A stretch of 64,000 nucleotides of DNA from Sumerlaeia bacterium (GCA_040219255.1 JAVJSW010000068.1:195007-259006); one strand, 5' to 3'; counted from the stretch's first letter, positions 28,340 through 38,150 are shown. Numbers and translations are program-made. Notes: generated from the letters alone by a model not told the origin.

Positions 28340-30469
28340 TTACTTCTTCAGCAGATAAACCAAGTAGGGTTCCGCTCCGTGCTCTCGGGCGAAGCGGGGA
28401 TCGCCATCGAACCAGAACCGGTCATGGACGGTTCCGGACTGAGCGTCGAAGGCGATCACATGCCAACCGGGGCGGGTTCCGATCTTGAGGCTGCTGTCGC
28501 CAATGCGGACCAGTGTGTATTCGTAGGGTGTCGGTTCGAACATGGCAACCCAATCGCCGGGCCAACCGTTGCGTCGCTCGCGAGGGCGCGGGGGAATGAA
28601 CTGATGGGCGAAATTGGTGACCTGGGTGGGATCGATGTGCAGGACCTCGGTGCCACTGCCGGTGCCGTCTTCGTCGGAGACGAGGGCCGTGTAACGAATC
28701 CAGTCGGCGCGGGCGTGCTGGAAGGATGGGCCCTGCAAACCGCGTTCGCGGATCAGGCCGATCAGGTCTTCCGGCGGGAGGAAATCGACCTTTCCAGATG
28801 TGACGACCGCAAAGGCGTCGCCGCTGTGGCGCAATGCCTCAAGCCTTTCGCCTGCGGGAGCGTAGTCGTAGGTTTTTTCCGCCAGGACCTTGCGGTCTCC
28901 CTCGGGCAGCCGCCACGCCAGAACGAGCACCGCGACGTTGCGTTCGCGCAGCCAGGGTTGCATCTGGGACGCCGCCGAATGCGGCAGAGGATAGCGCCAT
29001 TCAAGTGGCGCGGCGATGACCTTCTCCGGGTCGGGTGCGGCCAGAGCCAGGCCATCGTACAAGACCAGACCCTTGTGCCCCGGTACAGCGATGAATTCGC
29101 CGGGCTGAAGGGGCCGATGGCGCAGGGCCCGTTCCACCCGCTCGCGGGTTACTCGTTGGCTTTCGTAGGCGCCGATGGGGGGCAGCATCGTCCGGCCCAC
29201 GCCCAGACCGGCAATCAGGAGGAAGAGCCCGCTGGCCAGCGCAATCCGCGGCCAGAGCTTGCGCCGGGTCTTCCGCCAGCTTTCCGCACCCGCCCGGCCT
29301 GCCGCCATCTGGGCCAGCGCCAGCCCCGCCGGAAACGCCAGCGCCAGCGCATGAAAAGAGAAGACACGCTCGGGGAAAATCCAGGGGATCCCTCCCCGCC
29401 CGATCGACACAAGCACCGCCAGCAGATGGACCAACGGGGGAACCGTCAGGGCCGCGTACGGCAGGGACCACTTGGGAGTCATGAGGACAATCCCAACCAA
29501 TATGCCGAGACAGGCGAGCCAGCGCTGGCTGTCGCCCCACAATTCCATGGCCGTCCGAAGGTCTTGCGCCTCCCCCGTGGGACCGGGAATCACGCGGTGC
29601 TCGCCCACAAAGGTATAGAACGGATCGCCATGGACGACCCAGTGGACGCTCATCCACCAGAAGACCGGAGCCAGAGCGGCCGCCCAGGCCAAGAGCAACG
29701 CGGGGACTTCCCAGCGAATCGGCCGCCGCTCACTATCGCGGCTGGCGTTCTTCCACTGAACCCAAAGGATCAGGGCCCCCGCCGGACCAAGCGCCGCCGC
29801 ATAGAGCCAGGCCTCATAGCGCGAGCAGGCGGCGATGGCGACGCCCCCACCGGCCACCAGAAACCCGGCAGCCAGGCGGCGAGAATGGGCTCCCCGCCCG
29901 CAAACGATCGCCGCTCCCAAATGGCCCATCATCAGGCCAAACCAGAGAAAGGGCTCGGCGAAGCCCTGGACACTGGCCCAAACAACCCATGGGAGCGTGA
30001 GAGCCATCAAGCCTCCCATCCCAACCCCCGCCCACGCCACCGCGGGGCGGCGGCCATGGAAGTGCGGCCGCGCCGCAACCCAGGCGGCTCCCAAGCCAGC
30101 CAGCAGAGCCAGCGCGACCAGCACGGTGTTGATAAGCAGCGTGGCCTGGTAATAATGCCCTCCCAAAGCATCGCCAAGGAAACCGCCCACGATAATCGGC
30201 AGCGGCAGCCACGTGTAATCGTAACTGCTGTAATCGCCATTCTCAGCGAACAGCCGCGCACAGTGTACCCGGAAGGTTTCGTCCTGGGTGGTAAAGAACG
30301 CGCCAGCCTGAATGGCTTCGTGCCGCAGAAGCAGGAACAGGGCAAGAAGCGCAAGGGAGCCAAGTACGAAGAAGAGGGCGTCGCGCCGTTCCAATTTCAT
30401 CTTTTCTTGCTCGGTAAAATCCGGTGGTGTGGCAAACGAAAGCCGTGGCGAAGCACGATTGGCTGTCAT
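28340..30469 (-). CDS. Polytopic membrane protein with large C-terminal soluble domain, GT-C-fold glycosyltransferase-like (ArnT/PMT/GT39-83-like)
   Basis: About 10 hydrophobic helices in the first ~430 aa, with a DE-containing first loop (FTTQDETFRVHC) typical of GT-C enzymes. A ~270-aa C-terminal extracytoplasmic domain follows. The start is uncertain (ATG at 30469 or 30400). Confidence 0.45.
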   Translation of the reverse strand: MTANRASPRLSFATPPDFTEQEKMKLERRDALFFVLGSLALLALFLLLRHEAIQAGAFFTTQDETFRVHCARLFAENGDYSSYDYTWLPLPIIVGGFLGDALGGHYYQATLLINTVLVALALLAGLGAAWVAARPHFHGRRPAVAWAGVGMGGLMALTLPWVVWASVQGFAEPFLWFGLMMGHLGAAIVCGRGAHSRRLAAGFLVAGGGVAIAACSRYEAWLYAAALGPAGALILWVQWKNASRDSERRPIRWEVPALLLAWAAALAPVFWWMSVHWVVHGDPFYTFVGEHRVIPGPTGEAQDLRTAMELWGDSQRWLACLGILVGIVLMTPKWSLPYAALTVPPLVHLLAVLVSIGRGGIPWIFPERVFSFHALALAFPAGLALAQMAAGRAGAESWRKTRRKLWPRIALASGLFLLIAGLGVGRTMLPPIGAYESQRVTRERVERALRHRPLQPGEFIAVPGHKGLVLYDGLALAAPDPEKVIAAPLEWRYPLPHSAASQMQPWLRERNVAVLVLAWRLPEGDRKVLAEKTYDYAPAGERLEALRHSGDAFAVVTSGKVDFLPPEDLIGLIRERGLQGPSFQHARADWIRYTALVSDEDGTGSGTEVLHIDPTQVTNFAHQFIPPRPRERRNGWPGDWVAMFEPTPYEYTLVRIGDSSLKIGTRPGWHVIAFDAQSGTVHDRFWFDGDPRFAREHGAEPYLVYLLKK

Positions 30470-30695
30470 GCGAACCCAGTCATATTGAGACAGGGCATAT
30501 CCTGGGTGGGGGGCAAAGAGCTTCCGAGGCCCTTTCCGCGTGAACGCGGGAGTACGAGCCAAAGCAACTCATTGCGGTCCAAACCCCCCTATCAAATCCG
30601 CATCCCGCCCCGCCTTTCCCCTTGGCGTGGTGGGGCGGGTGGGTATGGTCTGCGGCCTCCGAGCCCCACTTTTTTTTCGAAGGATTTCCCCTGCC

Positions 30696-31898
30696 ATGAC
30701 TCCCCCTGCCGCGACCGCTCCCGGTTCTCTGAAAACCCGCCCCAGCCGGTTGAATCGCGCTGTGGAGGCTTTGCCCCCGTCGGGAATCCGGCGGTTCTTC
30801 GATTTGGTCGTCAGCCGGCCCAACATCATCAGCCTCGGCGTCGGCGAGCCCGATTTCGTGACGCCCTGGAGCATCCGCGAGACGGGCATTTTCTCCCTCG
30901 AGAAGGGCGCCACGTCCTATACGGGCAATCGCGGGTTGCCGCAGACGCTCGATGCCATCGCCAACTACCTGGAAGACCGCTATGGCCCGCGCTACACGCG
31001 CGAGGAAATGGTCATCACCGTCGGCGCCAGCCAGGCCATCGACATCGCCCTGCGGGCGGTTCTGAACCCGGGCGACGAGGTGATCGTGATCGACCCGAGC
31101 TATGTCTGCTACGAGGCCCTGGTGCGCGTGGCGGGCGGCGTGCCGGTGCCGGTGGCGGTCGATCCCGAGCGCGAGTATTGCCCCGATCCGGCCAAGGTCC
31201 GCGAGGCGGTGACGGACCGCACCAAGGTCCTGTTCCTGAACTATCCGAACAACCCGACGGGCGCGACCTACAGCCGCGAGCTGCTCGATCAACTCGCCGC
31301 CATCGCCCGCGCCAACGATCTGCTGGTGCTCAGCGATGAAATCTACAGCGAACTGACCTACGACGGCGAGCACACCTGCTTCTCGACGATTCCGGGCATG
31401 CGCGACCGCACGATTCTGGTGAGCGGTTTCTCCAAGGCCTTCGCCATGACCGGCTGGCGCCTGGGCTATGTTTGCGCGCCGGTGGACATCGCGGCGGGGA
31501 TGCTGAAAATTCACCAGTACTCGATGCTCTGCGCCCCGATCACGGCGCAGTTGGCGGCGGTCGATGCACTTAAGCGTCTCGACACGGACGTGCGGGAAAT
31601 GCGCGATTCGTACTCGCGGCGGCGGCGCATCCTGGCCCAGGGCCTGAGCGACGCGGGCCTGCCCACGCCCACGCCGAAGGGCGCGTTCTATTGCTTTAGC
31701 GATGTGCGCCAGACGGGCATCGACGAAGTGACCTTCGCCGAGCGCCTGATCGAGGAAGAAGAGGTCGCCATCGTGCCCGGCAGCGCCTTTGGCGCCGGCG
31801 GCAAAGGCTTCGTCCGCGCCAGCTTCGCGACCTCGGAGACGAAGCTGATCGAGGCCTCGCGCCGAATCGGCCGGTTTATGGAGCGGCTCAGAGGCTAG
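30696..31898 (+). CDS. PLP-dependent aminotransferase, class I/II (aspartate aminotransferase-like)
   Basis: LNYPNNPTGATYSRE...SGFSKAFAMTGWRLGY contains the fold-type I SxSK PLP-lysine motif and N-PTG. About 400 aa. The start was chosen at MTPPAATAPG (30696). Confidence 0.85.
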   Translation: MTPPAATAPGSLKTRPSRLNRAVEALPPSGIRRFFDLVVSRPNIISLGVGEPDFVTPWSIRETGIFSLEKGATSYTGNRGLPQTLDAIANYLEDRYGPRYTREEMVITVGASQAIDIALRAVLNPGDEVIVIDPSYVCYEALVRVAGGVPVPVAVDPEREYCPDPAKVREAVTDRTKVLFLNYPNNPTGATYSRELLDQLAAIARANDLLVLSDEIYSELTYDGEHTCFSTIPGMRDRTILVSGFSKAFAMTGWRLGYVCAPVDIAAGMLKIHQYSMLCAPITAQLAAVDALKRLDTDVREMRDSYSRRRRILAQGLSDAGLPTPTPKGAFYCFSDVRQTGIDEVTFAERLIEEEEVAIVPGSAFGAGGKGFVRASFATSETKLIEASRRIGRFMERLRG

Positions 31899-31914
31899 AG
31901 GCTTCGCCGCCCCC

Positions 31915-33423
31915 TTACTCCTCCGGGCCTAATTCTTCCGAGTACCCCGCCAGCAGCACCGCCGCGCCATCGATCACATCTTCGGTGGCTTCACGCGTGG
32001 TGGTGTGGTTGTTGATCATGAAGGAAAAAACCAGGTTCTCGCCATCGGCTGTGGTGACGTAGCCAGAGACTTGGCGCGTGTTCGGCAGGGTCCCCGTTTT
32101 CCCGCGCACGTTGCCCTCGGCGGGGGTGCCTTTCATGCGGCGGGCCAGGGTCCCATCGACCCCTGCGATGGTCAGCGCCTCCCACCAGACGGGCCACAGG
32201 TCTTCGCGCTGGCGCATGCCCTTGAACATCGTCACCACCTGGCGGGGCGTTTGCAGGTTCAGGCGGCTCTGGCCCGAGCCATCTACGAAGACGTAGTCCT
32301 CCGGCTGGATGCCGAACTGAGTGCGCAGGAAGTCCTGGATCAGGGTCTTGCCGCCCTCGAAATTGCCGACGCCGTCGCGGTGCATACCGAGGGTGTGGAC
32401 CAGAACCTCGGCGTACATGTTCTGGCTGCTTTTCAGGAACACGGCGAGGATTTCGCTCAGCGGCGGCGACTCGTGCTTGGCCAGGTAGGTGGAAGGGGCG
32501 GCGAGCAGCGGCTTCCACGCATCGTCGATGTCGGAAGCCGGGCCGCGCACCTCGATGCCTTCGTGCTCCAGCACTTCCATGAACACGGTGGCGGCATAGA
32601 GCGTTGGGTTCACAAGGGATGGCGAGCGCTCGAAGGGCTCGCGCCCGACCACGACCTGGCCGCGCACGACGATTTCGTTGCTGTCGAAGGCGCGGGTGAC
32701 TTCCACCTCGTGCTCGCCGGCCAACTTGGTTTTCAATTCGTTGCGGATCGTGAAGTACTCGCTCGGCAGGTTCGGGGCGATTTTCACTGGCAATTCCCAC
32801 TGCGCATCCGGCGGGTGGATCATCAGATCGACGTAGTTCTCGTTGATGTTCAGCGCGCCAAAGGGCGCCCCGTACCACTGGATCATGTCCTCGTGGGTGA
32901 TGCCGGCGGGGATGTGCTGGTCGTCCCAGGCATTGTCGTCGCCGATGACATAGCCGGTGACCGTCGTAATGCCGGCGTCCTTGATCTGGGCCGCCAGATG
33001 GCGGAACGGCGCCCGCGGGTCCGACCCGAAGCGGTAGTAGAAGGTCGGGTCGCCCATGCCTTCCAGGATCAAGTGGCCGTTGAGCACGCCGTCTTCGATG
33101 TCGCCGCTGGCGCGCACCCGTGTCACATAGCGGAAATCCGGCCCCAGCGTCGCCAGCGCCGTCGCGGCGACGGGAATTTTCTGGTTCGAGGCGGGTACGA
33201 AGAGCTGGTCCGCGTTGCGTTCGAGCCAGACTTCTCCGGTGTCCAGGCTTTCGACCAAGGCGCCAAAGATCGCACCCTTGAAGCGGGGATCGTCATCGAA
33301 AAGGGCGTCGATTTGCTGGACCAGGAGCGCCCGCGTGGTGGGCGTATCGACGGCCGCGACGCCGGCGGCGAGGGGCGGCGCGAGTGCGATGAATGCGATG
33401 GTTAGACAAAGAAGGCTCTTCAT
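31915..33423 (-). CDS. dacB: D-alanyl-D-alanine carboxypeptidase/endopeptidase, PBP4 (DacB, peptidase S13) family
   Basis: Signal peptide MKSLLCLTIAFIALAPPLAAG. SNQKIP (SxxK active site), SSQN/YAE (SxN-like) and KTGTL (KTG) motifs are all present, which is diagnostic of S13 PBP4. Confidence 0.8.
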   Translation of the reverse strand: MKSLLCLTIAFIALAPPLAAGVAAVDTPTTRALLVQQIDALFDDDPRFKGAIFGALVESLDTGEVWLERNADQLFVPASNQKIPVAATALATLGPDFRYVTRVRASGDIEDGVLNGHLILEGMGDPTFYYRFGSDPRAPFRHLAAQIKDAGITTVTGYVIGDDNAWDDQHIPAGITHEDMIQWYGAPFGALNINENYVDLMIHPPDAQWELPVKIAPNLPSEYFTIRNELKTKLAGEHEVEVTRAFDSNEIVVRGQVVVGREPFERSPSLVNPTLYAATVFMEVLEHEGIEVRGPASDIDDAWKPLLAAPSTYLAKHESPPLSEILAVFLKSSQNMYAEVLVHTLGMHRDGVGNFEGGKTLIQDFLRTQFGIQPEDYVFVDGSGQSRLNLQTPRQVVTMFKGMRQREDLWPVWWEALTIAGVDGTLARRMKGTPAEGNVRGKTGTLPNTRQVSGYVTTADGENLVFSFMINNHTTTREATEDVIDGAAVLLAGYSEELGPEE

Positions 33424-33424
33424 C

Positions 33425-34942
33425 CTACTTGCTCTCCATCTCGTCGCTGTACCCCGCGATCAGCGCCAGCACACCGTCCGTCACCTCTTCGGTGGCTTTC
33501 GACGTTGTCAGGTGACTATTGACCAGAAAGCTGAACACGACCGGTTCGCCGTCGGAAGTCCAGACGTAGCCCGAGAGCCCGCGCACGTTCGACACCGTGC
33601 CGGTCTTGGCGCGGGCGTTGCCTTCGGCGGGTGTGTCCTTCATGCGGTTGCGCAGCGTCCCATCAACCCCGGCGACGGGCATCGTCTCGACCCAAACATC
33701 CTTCAGGTCGCTCCGCCACATGGCGCGCAGAATCTTCACCAGTTGATTGGGCGAAACCAGGTTGTAACGGCTCAGGCCCGACCCGTCGCTGATCTGGAGC
33801 GTTTCCGGGTCGATGCCCGCTTCCGATTCCAGCCATTCGCGCATCGCTTCCCGCCCGGCGGAGAACGTGCCTCGCCCCGTCTCGGCCCAGCCGATCGTAT
33901 GCACCATCGTCTCGGCGTAGTTGTTCTGGCTGCGCTTCATCAGCATGGAGGCGATCTCCGACAGCGGCGGCGACTGATGCGTCGCCAGGACCTTCCGCTC
34001 GCCCTCGTAGGCCCACTTGGCCGGCGCGTCGTCGATGTCGATCGGCTGGCCGGCGACTTCGATGCCTTCCGCTTTTAGGACCTCGGCCATGACCGTGGTG
34101 ATGAAGAGCGTTGGGTTGTGGATCGACGGCGATTGCTCGAACGGCTTCGCCCCCGCTTCCACCTGACCCGTGGCCACGAAGGCGTTGTCCAGCAGTCCGC
34201 GCTCGATGCGGACGCGCGAGCGCCCATCGGCCACCACCTCGACGCCAGAGGTGTCGAGCGTGAAAAACGCGCTCGGCAGATTCGGCTCGATACGCACTTC
34301 GCCGTCCACGCTGTCCGGCGGGAGGACTTTGAAATCGACGTAGCCCTCGTTGATCTGCAGCGGACCGAAGGGCGCGCCGTACCAGGCGGTCGAACCGCCG
34401 AACGTCATGCCGCCGCCCATGTGCTGATCGTCCCAGGCGTCGTCGTCGCCCACCACATCGCCGGCGATGCGGGCGATGCCGGCGTCCTTGAGCTGACGCG
34501 CGAGGGCGCGCAGCGGTTCCCGCGGTTCATCGAAGAAGCGCGTGTAGAACGTCGGGTCGCCATGGCCCCACAGGATCAGGTCGCCATGCAGGGTGTCGCT
34601 GGTCACCGTGCCCAGGGTTTCCAGCCGCGTTTCATAGCGGAAATCGGGACCGAGGAGGCTGAGGGCCGCCGCCGTTGTGGGAATTTTCTGGTTCGAGGCG
34701 GGGATGAAAAGCTGATCGGCGTTCAGGCTGTACCAGAGTTCGCCGTTCTCCAGGCTCTCGATGCGGGCGCCCCAGAGGGCTCCGGCGAAGCGGGGGTCCT
34801 GGAACGTTTCCTCGATGCGCGAGACGAGTTCCTCGCGCGTCATGGCTTGGGGGGACGGGGGCGGGGCGGCTTCCTGGGCCGCCAGCGGAACCGCCATGGC
34901 GGCGGGAAAGAGCAGGCAGAGAGACAGTGTCTTGAGAGTCAT
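33425..34942 (-). CDS. Second PBP4 (DacB-family) paralog, tandem to the first
   Basis: SNQKIP, RSQNNYAE and KTGTVSNVRGLSGYV motifs. Collinear with the downstream paralog throughout. The signal peptide is MTLKTLSLCLLFPAAMAVPLAA. Confidence 0.8.
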   Translation of the reverse strand: MTLKTLSLCLLFPAAMAVPLAAQEAAPPPSPQAMTREELVSRIEETFQDPRFAGALWGARIESLENGELWYSLNADQLFIPASNQKIPTTAAALSLLGPDFRYETRLETLGTVTSDTLHGDLILWGHGDPTFYTRFFDEPREPLRALARQLKDAGIARIAGDVVGDDDAWDDQHMGGGMTFGGSTAWYGAPFGPLQINEGYVDFKVLPPDSVDGEVRIEPNLPSAFFTLDTSGVEVVADGRSRVRIERGLLDNAFVATGQVEAGAKPFEQSPSIHNPTLFITTVMAEVLKAEGIEVAGQPIDIDDAPAKWAYEGERKVLATHQSPPLSEIASMLMKRSQNNYAETMVHTIGWAETGRGTFSAGREAMREWLESEAGIDPETLQISDGSGLSRYNLVSPNQLVKILRAMWRSDLKDVWVETMPVAGVDGTLRNRMKDTPAEGNARAKTGTVSNVRGLSGYVWTSDGEPVVFSFLVNSHLTTSKATEEVTDGVLALIAGYSDEMESK

Positions 34943-35255
34943 CGGGGTGGGCACTCCTTTTGCCGCAACCGTGCGCATAAGAAAGAGCGTGGGCAAGGAC
35001 TCCTTGCCCGGAAGAAACGTCCCTCCTAAACCGCCCGCCCTGTAAGAAGCGGAGCCGGTGGGTCCACCTGCCTGATGAGACGGGCGTGAAGATTGGAAAT
35101 TGCCGAGCAGGCCTTTCCCATGGGGATCACGTCACCATAAAGAGGCTGGGCCGCCTCCTTCCCTCTCCCCGGGGCGACACTGCATTGCGGCACCAATAGA
35201 GCCTTGAACTCTTGATTCAACAGACTTTACGAGAATTTCCCCGGAGGTGTGTTCC

Positions 35256-37130
35256 ATGCCGGAACGCCTGACTTTGCGCCCCGGATCCCGGCGCTCCCAT
35301 ACCCAACGCGGTTCCGCCCTGCTGGTAGCCCTGATCCTGATCACGATCGCGGCGATCATGCTGATGTCTTGGATGTCCCTGGTGATGTCCGCCTCGCGCA
35401 GCGCGGCTCGCGACCGAGATTATCTGGAAGCCTTCTACGCCGCGGAAGCGGGCGTCGAGCAGGTGGTGGCTTTTTTCAATAACGCGGATCGTTTCCCGAC
35501 CGCTCTGGTTCCCGGAACCTACACCACTCAAATGGCGGAGCAACCCGCGGCCTACGCCCTGACCCACGATCTCCACCCCGATCCCTATCTCCTCTTCGAA
35601 CCCTACATCGTCAATTACGTGCGTGATTCGGACAACCTGCCGATCAACGCGAGCGGCGAACCGATCTGGGACCCCAACACCAATTCGCTGGTCTCGGCCA
35701 GTTCGGTGACCTCCCTCGATCCCGTCATCACGATGTGGACCTACTTCCAGAACATCAACGCCGGCAGCAACGAAGCGGTCAGCAAGACGAGCAAGGTCCC
35801 GACCATGGACCTCGACATGAGCTATTTCCCGGAACTGATCTTCCGCGGCCCCGGCGGCGACGAAGTGGCCCGCGTGTCGCGCATTCAGCTCATCCATCCG
35901 GCCGACGCGGACAGCATGAGCGAAGGCCCGCTGCCCGACGAACGCGTCATCACCAAGGTGATCGCCCACGGACTCACGCCGACCGGCGTGGAAGTCCGCG
36001 TGGAGTCGATCCTGACGGAGAATCTGTTCCTTAACCTGCGTTCGCCCGCGGCCATCATCACCACGGCGGCGGCCCAGTTCAACGGCCAGTTCAACGTCCA
36101 CTGGGGCGAACTGTGGGCCCAGCACGACGTCACCATGCCCGGCTCCTGGAAAAACATGGTTCCCCGCTTGTCGGATACCGAGGATTACAACTCGGCCAAG
36201 GGCGTGGACAAATGGTTCCGTTTCCGCACCTCGGGCGAAATCTACGACAACCAGGCGAGTTATGCGGACGGCCGCGACAAGAGCGGCTTCTCCTCCGCGG
36301 TTCCCTACGAAACGGGCAACTCCGGCGACCCGATGTACGATCTCTACACGAATCCGTACCACGAAAACTACATTATCGACAAAACGCTCGCCGGCCTGGA
36401 AACCATCCGCCGTCATCAGGACCTGGATTTCCCGGGCTACGATTACGACCATGTGAAGCGCTTCTTCCTGCAGAACGACATGCCGTACTACTGGACCGAC
36501 TCCAGCGGAACCATCTACTGGAAGGACCGGGAGACCGGTGTGGTCATGTCGGACCGCTACTCGACGCTGTTCGGCGTCGATCCGAGCGATCCCGAGTATG
36601 GCGATTTCCGCGAAAACGTCGTCTTCATCGACTCCGTGCCGGTGGACGACAGCGGCAACCCCCACCCCACGAACCCGACGGTCATCAATGACACCTACTA
36701 TCCCCGCAACCCCCACACGTCCATCGCGCTGATTCCCGAGATCGCCGAGTCGGGCAGTTCGCTCCACACCCGGGGCGCCTTCTTCGTGGCCGTGGATATG
36801 GACTTTGGCGGTGGCGGAAGCCCGCCCAGTTCCTCCACGATCCTCGATGACGATGGAAGCCAGTACGTCACCCTGCCCGACGGCAGTTCGGTCAAGAGTT
36901 CGGACCATTTCCCCGTGTTCCACAATGGCCTGATGTACTCCTGGGGCGTGCTGGCCGTGTCGGGAAACCGCAACTTCTTCGGCTCCGTCTTCGCCGAGCA
37001 GGGCTACGGCGCCGGTGGCAACCCGGACGTGTACTACAACTATCGCATGCGCGATGGCAGTTGGCTGCAGCTCAACGTGTCCAAGGTCAACCGGACCCTC
37101 TGGGACGTAAGCCAGAGCACGAATTCCTAA
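35256..37130 (+). CDS. Large (about 624 aa) minor pseudopilin-like protein, GspK/PilX-like N-terminus
   Basis: N-terminus MPERLTLRPGSRRSHTQRGSALLVALILITIAAIMLMSWMSLV resembles GspK-type pseudopilins (QRG-x-ALL-x-VL...), which lack the Glu+5 of canonical pilins. It is followed by a long soluble domain of unknown fold. It heads a three-gene pseudopilin operon. Confidence 0.5.
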   Translation: MPERLTLRPGSRRSHTQRGSALLVALILITIAAIMLMSWMSLVMSASRSAARDRDYLEAFYAAEAGVEQVVAFFNNADRFPTALVPGTYTTQMAEQPAAYALTHDLHPDPYLLFEPYIVNYVRDSDNLPINASGEPIWDPNTNSLVSASSVTSLDPVITMWTYFQNINAGSNEAVSKTSKVPTMDLDMSYFPELIFRGPGGDEVARVSRIQLIHPADADSMSEGPLPDERVITKVIAHGLTPTGVEVRVESILTENLFLNLRSPAAIITTAAAQFNGQFNVHWGELWAQHDVTMPGSWKNMVPRLSDTEDYNSAKGVDKWFRFRTSGEIYDNQASYADGRDKSGFSSAVPYETGNSGDPMYDLYTNPYHENYIIDKTLAGLETIRRHQDLDFPGYDYDHVKRFFLQNDMPYYWTDSSGTIYWKDRETGVVMSDRYSTLFGVDPSDPEYGDFRENVVFIDSVPVDDSGNPHPTNPTVINDTYYPRNPHTSIALIPEIAESGSSLHTRGAFFVAVDMDFGGGGSPPSSSTILDDDGSQYVTLPDGSSVKSSDHFPVFHNGLMYSWGVLAVSGNRNFFGSVFAEQGYGAGGNPDVYYNYRMRDGSWLQLNVSKVNRTLWDVSQSTNS

Positions 37131-37145
37131 GGATCGATCCCTCTT

Positions 37146-37619
37146 ATGAAGACCGGCAATCTCCTCCGCAACGCACTTCGGCGCCGCGAACGCGGCTTCA
37201 GCTTCCTGGAAGTCATGATCGCCATGGTGATCGTTTCCATCGTGGGGATCGGAATTTACACGTCGGTCATCGTGGGCCTGCGGGTTCAGCAGGCGACCCG
37301 CGAATTCAACGGCGCCATCAAGGCCGCCAACGACGCCCTCGAGGGGAGCAAAGGCACTCTGTTCCAATTCCTGGAACCACGCCTCAACGTTCCCGTGACC
37401 ATCGACGACCGCGGAACCCCACAGATCGGCGACGATTTGGAGGGCGTGCTCGACCTGCGCTTTTACTCGCCAGACCGTTCAACGCAGTATTTCAGTTCGA
37501 CCGCCATGCCAACCGACGGATCGATGATCCGCGCCGAGGCCACTGTGACCTGGATCCCATCGCGCACCGGCACCACGATCCCCGATCGCTACACCCTGAC
37601 CACGATGCTCGCTCCCTGA
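37146..37619 (+). CDS. Minor pseudopilin (prepilin-type N-terminal cleavage/methylation domain; GspH/I-like)
   Basis: RRERGFSFLEVMIAMVIVSIVGIGIY is a class III signal with G-F-S-F-L-E-V. Confidence 0.7.
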   Translation: MKTGNLLRNALRRRERGFSFLEVMIAMVIVSIVGIGIYTSVIVGLRVQQATREFNGAIKAANDALEGSKGTLFQFLEPRLNVPVTIDDRGTPQIGDDLEGVLDLRFYSPDRSTQYFSSTAMPTDGSMIRAEATVTWIPSRTGTTIPDRYTLTTMLAP

Positions 37620-37643
37620 CCGGAAAGGACCCGCGCACCACCC

Positions 37644-38150
37644 ATGAAAGCCATACCCCGCTCCATCGCTCGCCGCCGCCGCGCCGTCACCCTTCTCGAA
37701 TTGATGCTGGCGATGACCTTCATGACGATCATTTCCCTGTTCGTGTTCACCGCCCTTCTGGTGGTGATGCGGCATTCGATTTCCTCGCTGACGCGCGTCC
37801 CGGCGGAGTCGGAGAATTTCAAACTCCTCTCGCGCATGCGCACCGAGCTGCTTTCCGCCCAGTTCAATAGCTGGACCTTCGGAACCAACGGCGAGTCCAT
37901 CACCTACCGCAGCGGTTCTCGCCAGACCCGCAGCAGCATCGCCTACGATCCCAACACCGGCATCACGACCTTCGACCCGGACCTGGACAGCAACGGCGAC
38001 GAGCGCGTCTGGAACCGCCGCGTCGCCGTTCGCTTCGTCGATCTCAACGATCCGCGGCGTCTGCAAATTCGCGTCGAAGCTCCCGCAAAGGACAGCCGCC
38101 AGCAGGACCTGACCTACAGCTACACCGACGTCATCACGGTTCGGAACTGA
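37644..38150 (+). CDS. Minor pseudopilin (prepilin-type N-terminal domain; GspJ-like)
   Basis: RRRRAVTLLELMLAMTFMTIISLFVFTALLVV is a prepilin-like N-terminus with Glu at +5 of the presumed cleavage site. Confidence 0.65.
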   Translation: MKAIPRSIARRRRAVTLLELMLAMTFMTIISLFVFTALLVVMRHSISSLTRVPAESENFKLLSRMRTELLSAQFNSWTFGTNGESITYRSGSRQTRSSIAYDPNTGITTFDPDLDSNGDERVWNRRVAVRFVDLNDPRRLQIRVEAPAKDSRQQDLTYSYTDVITVRN

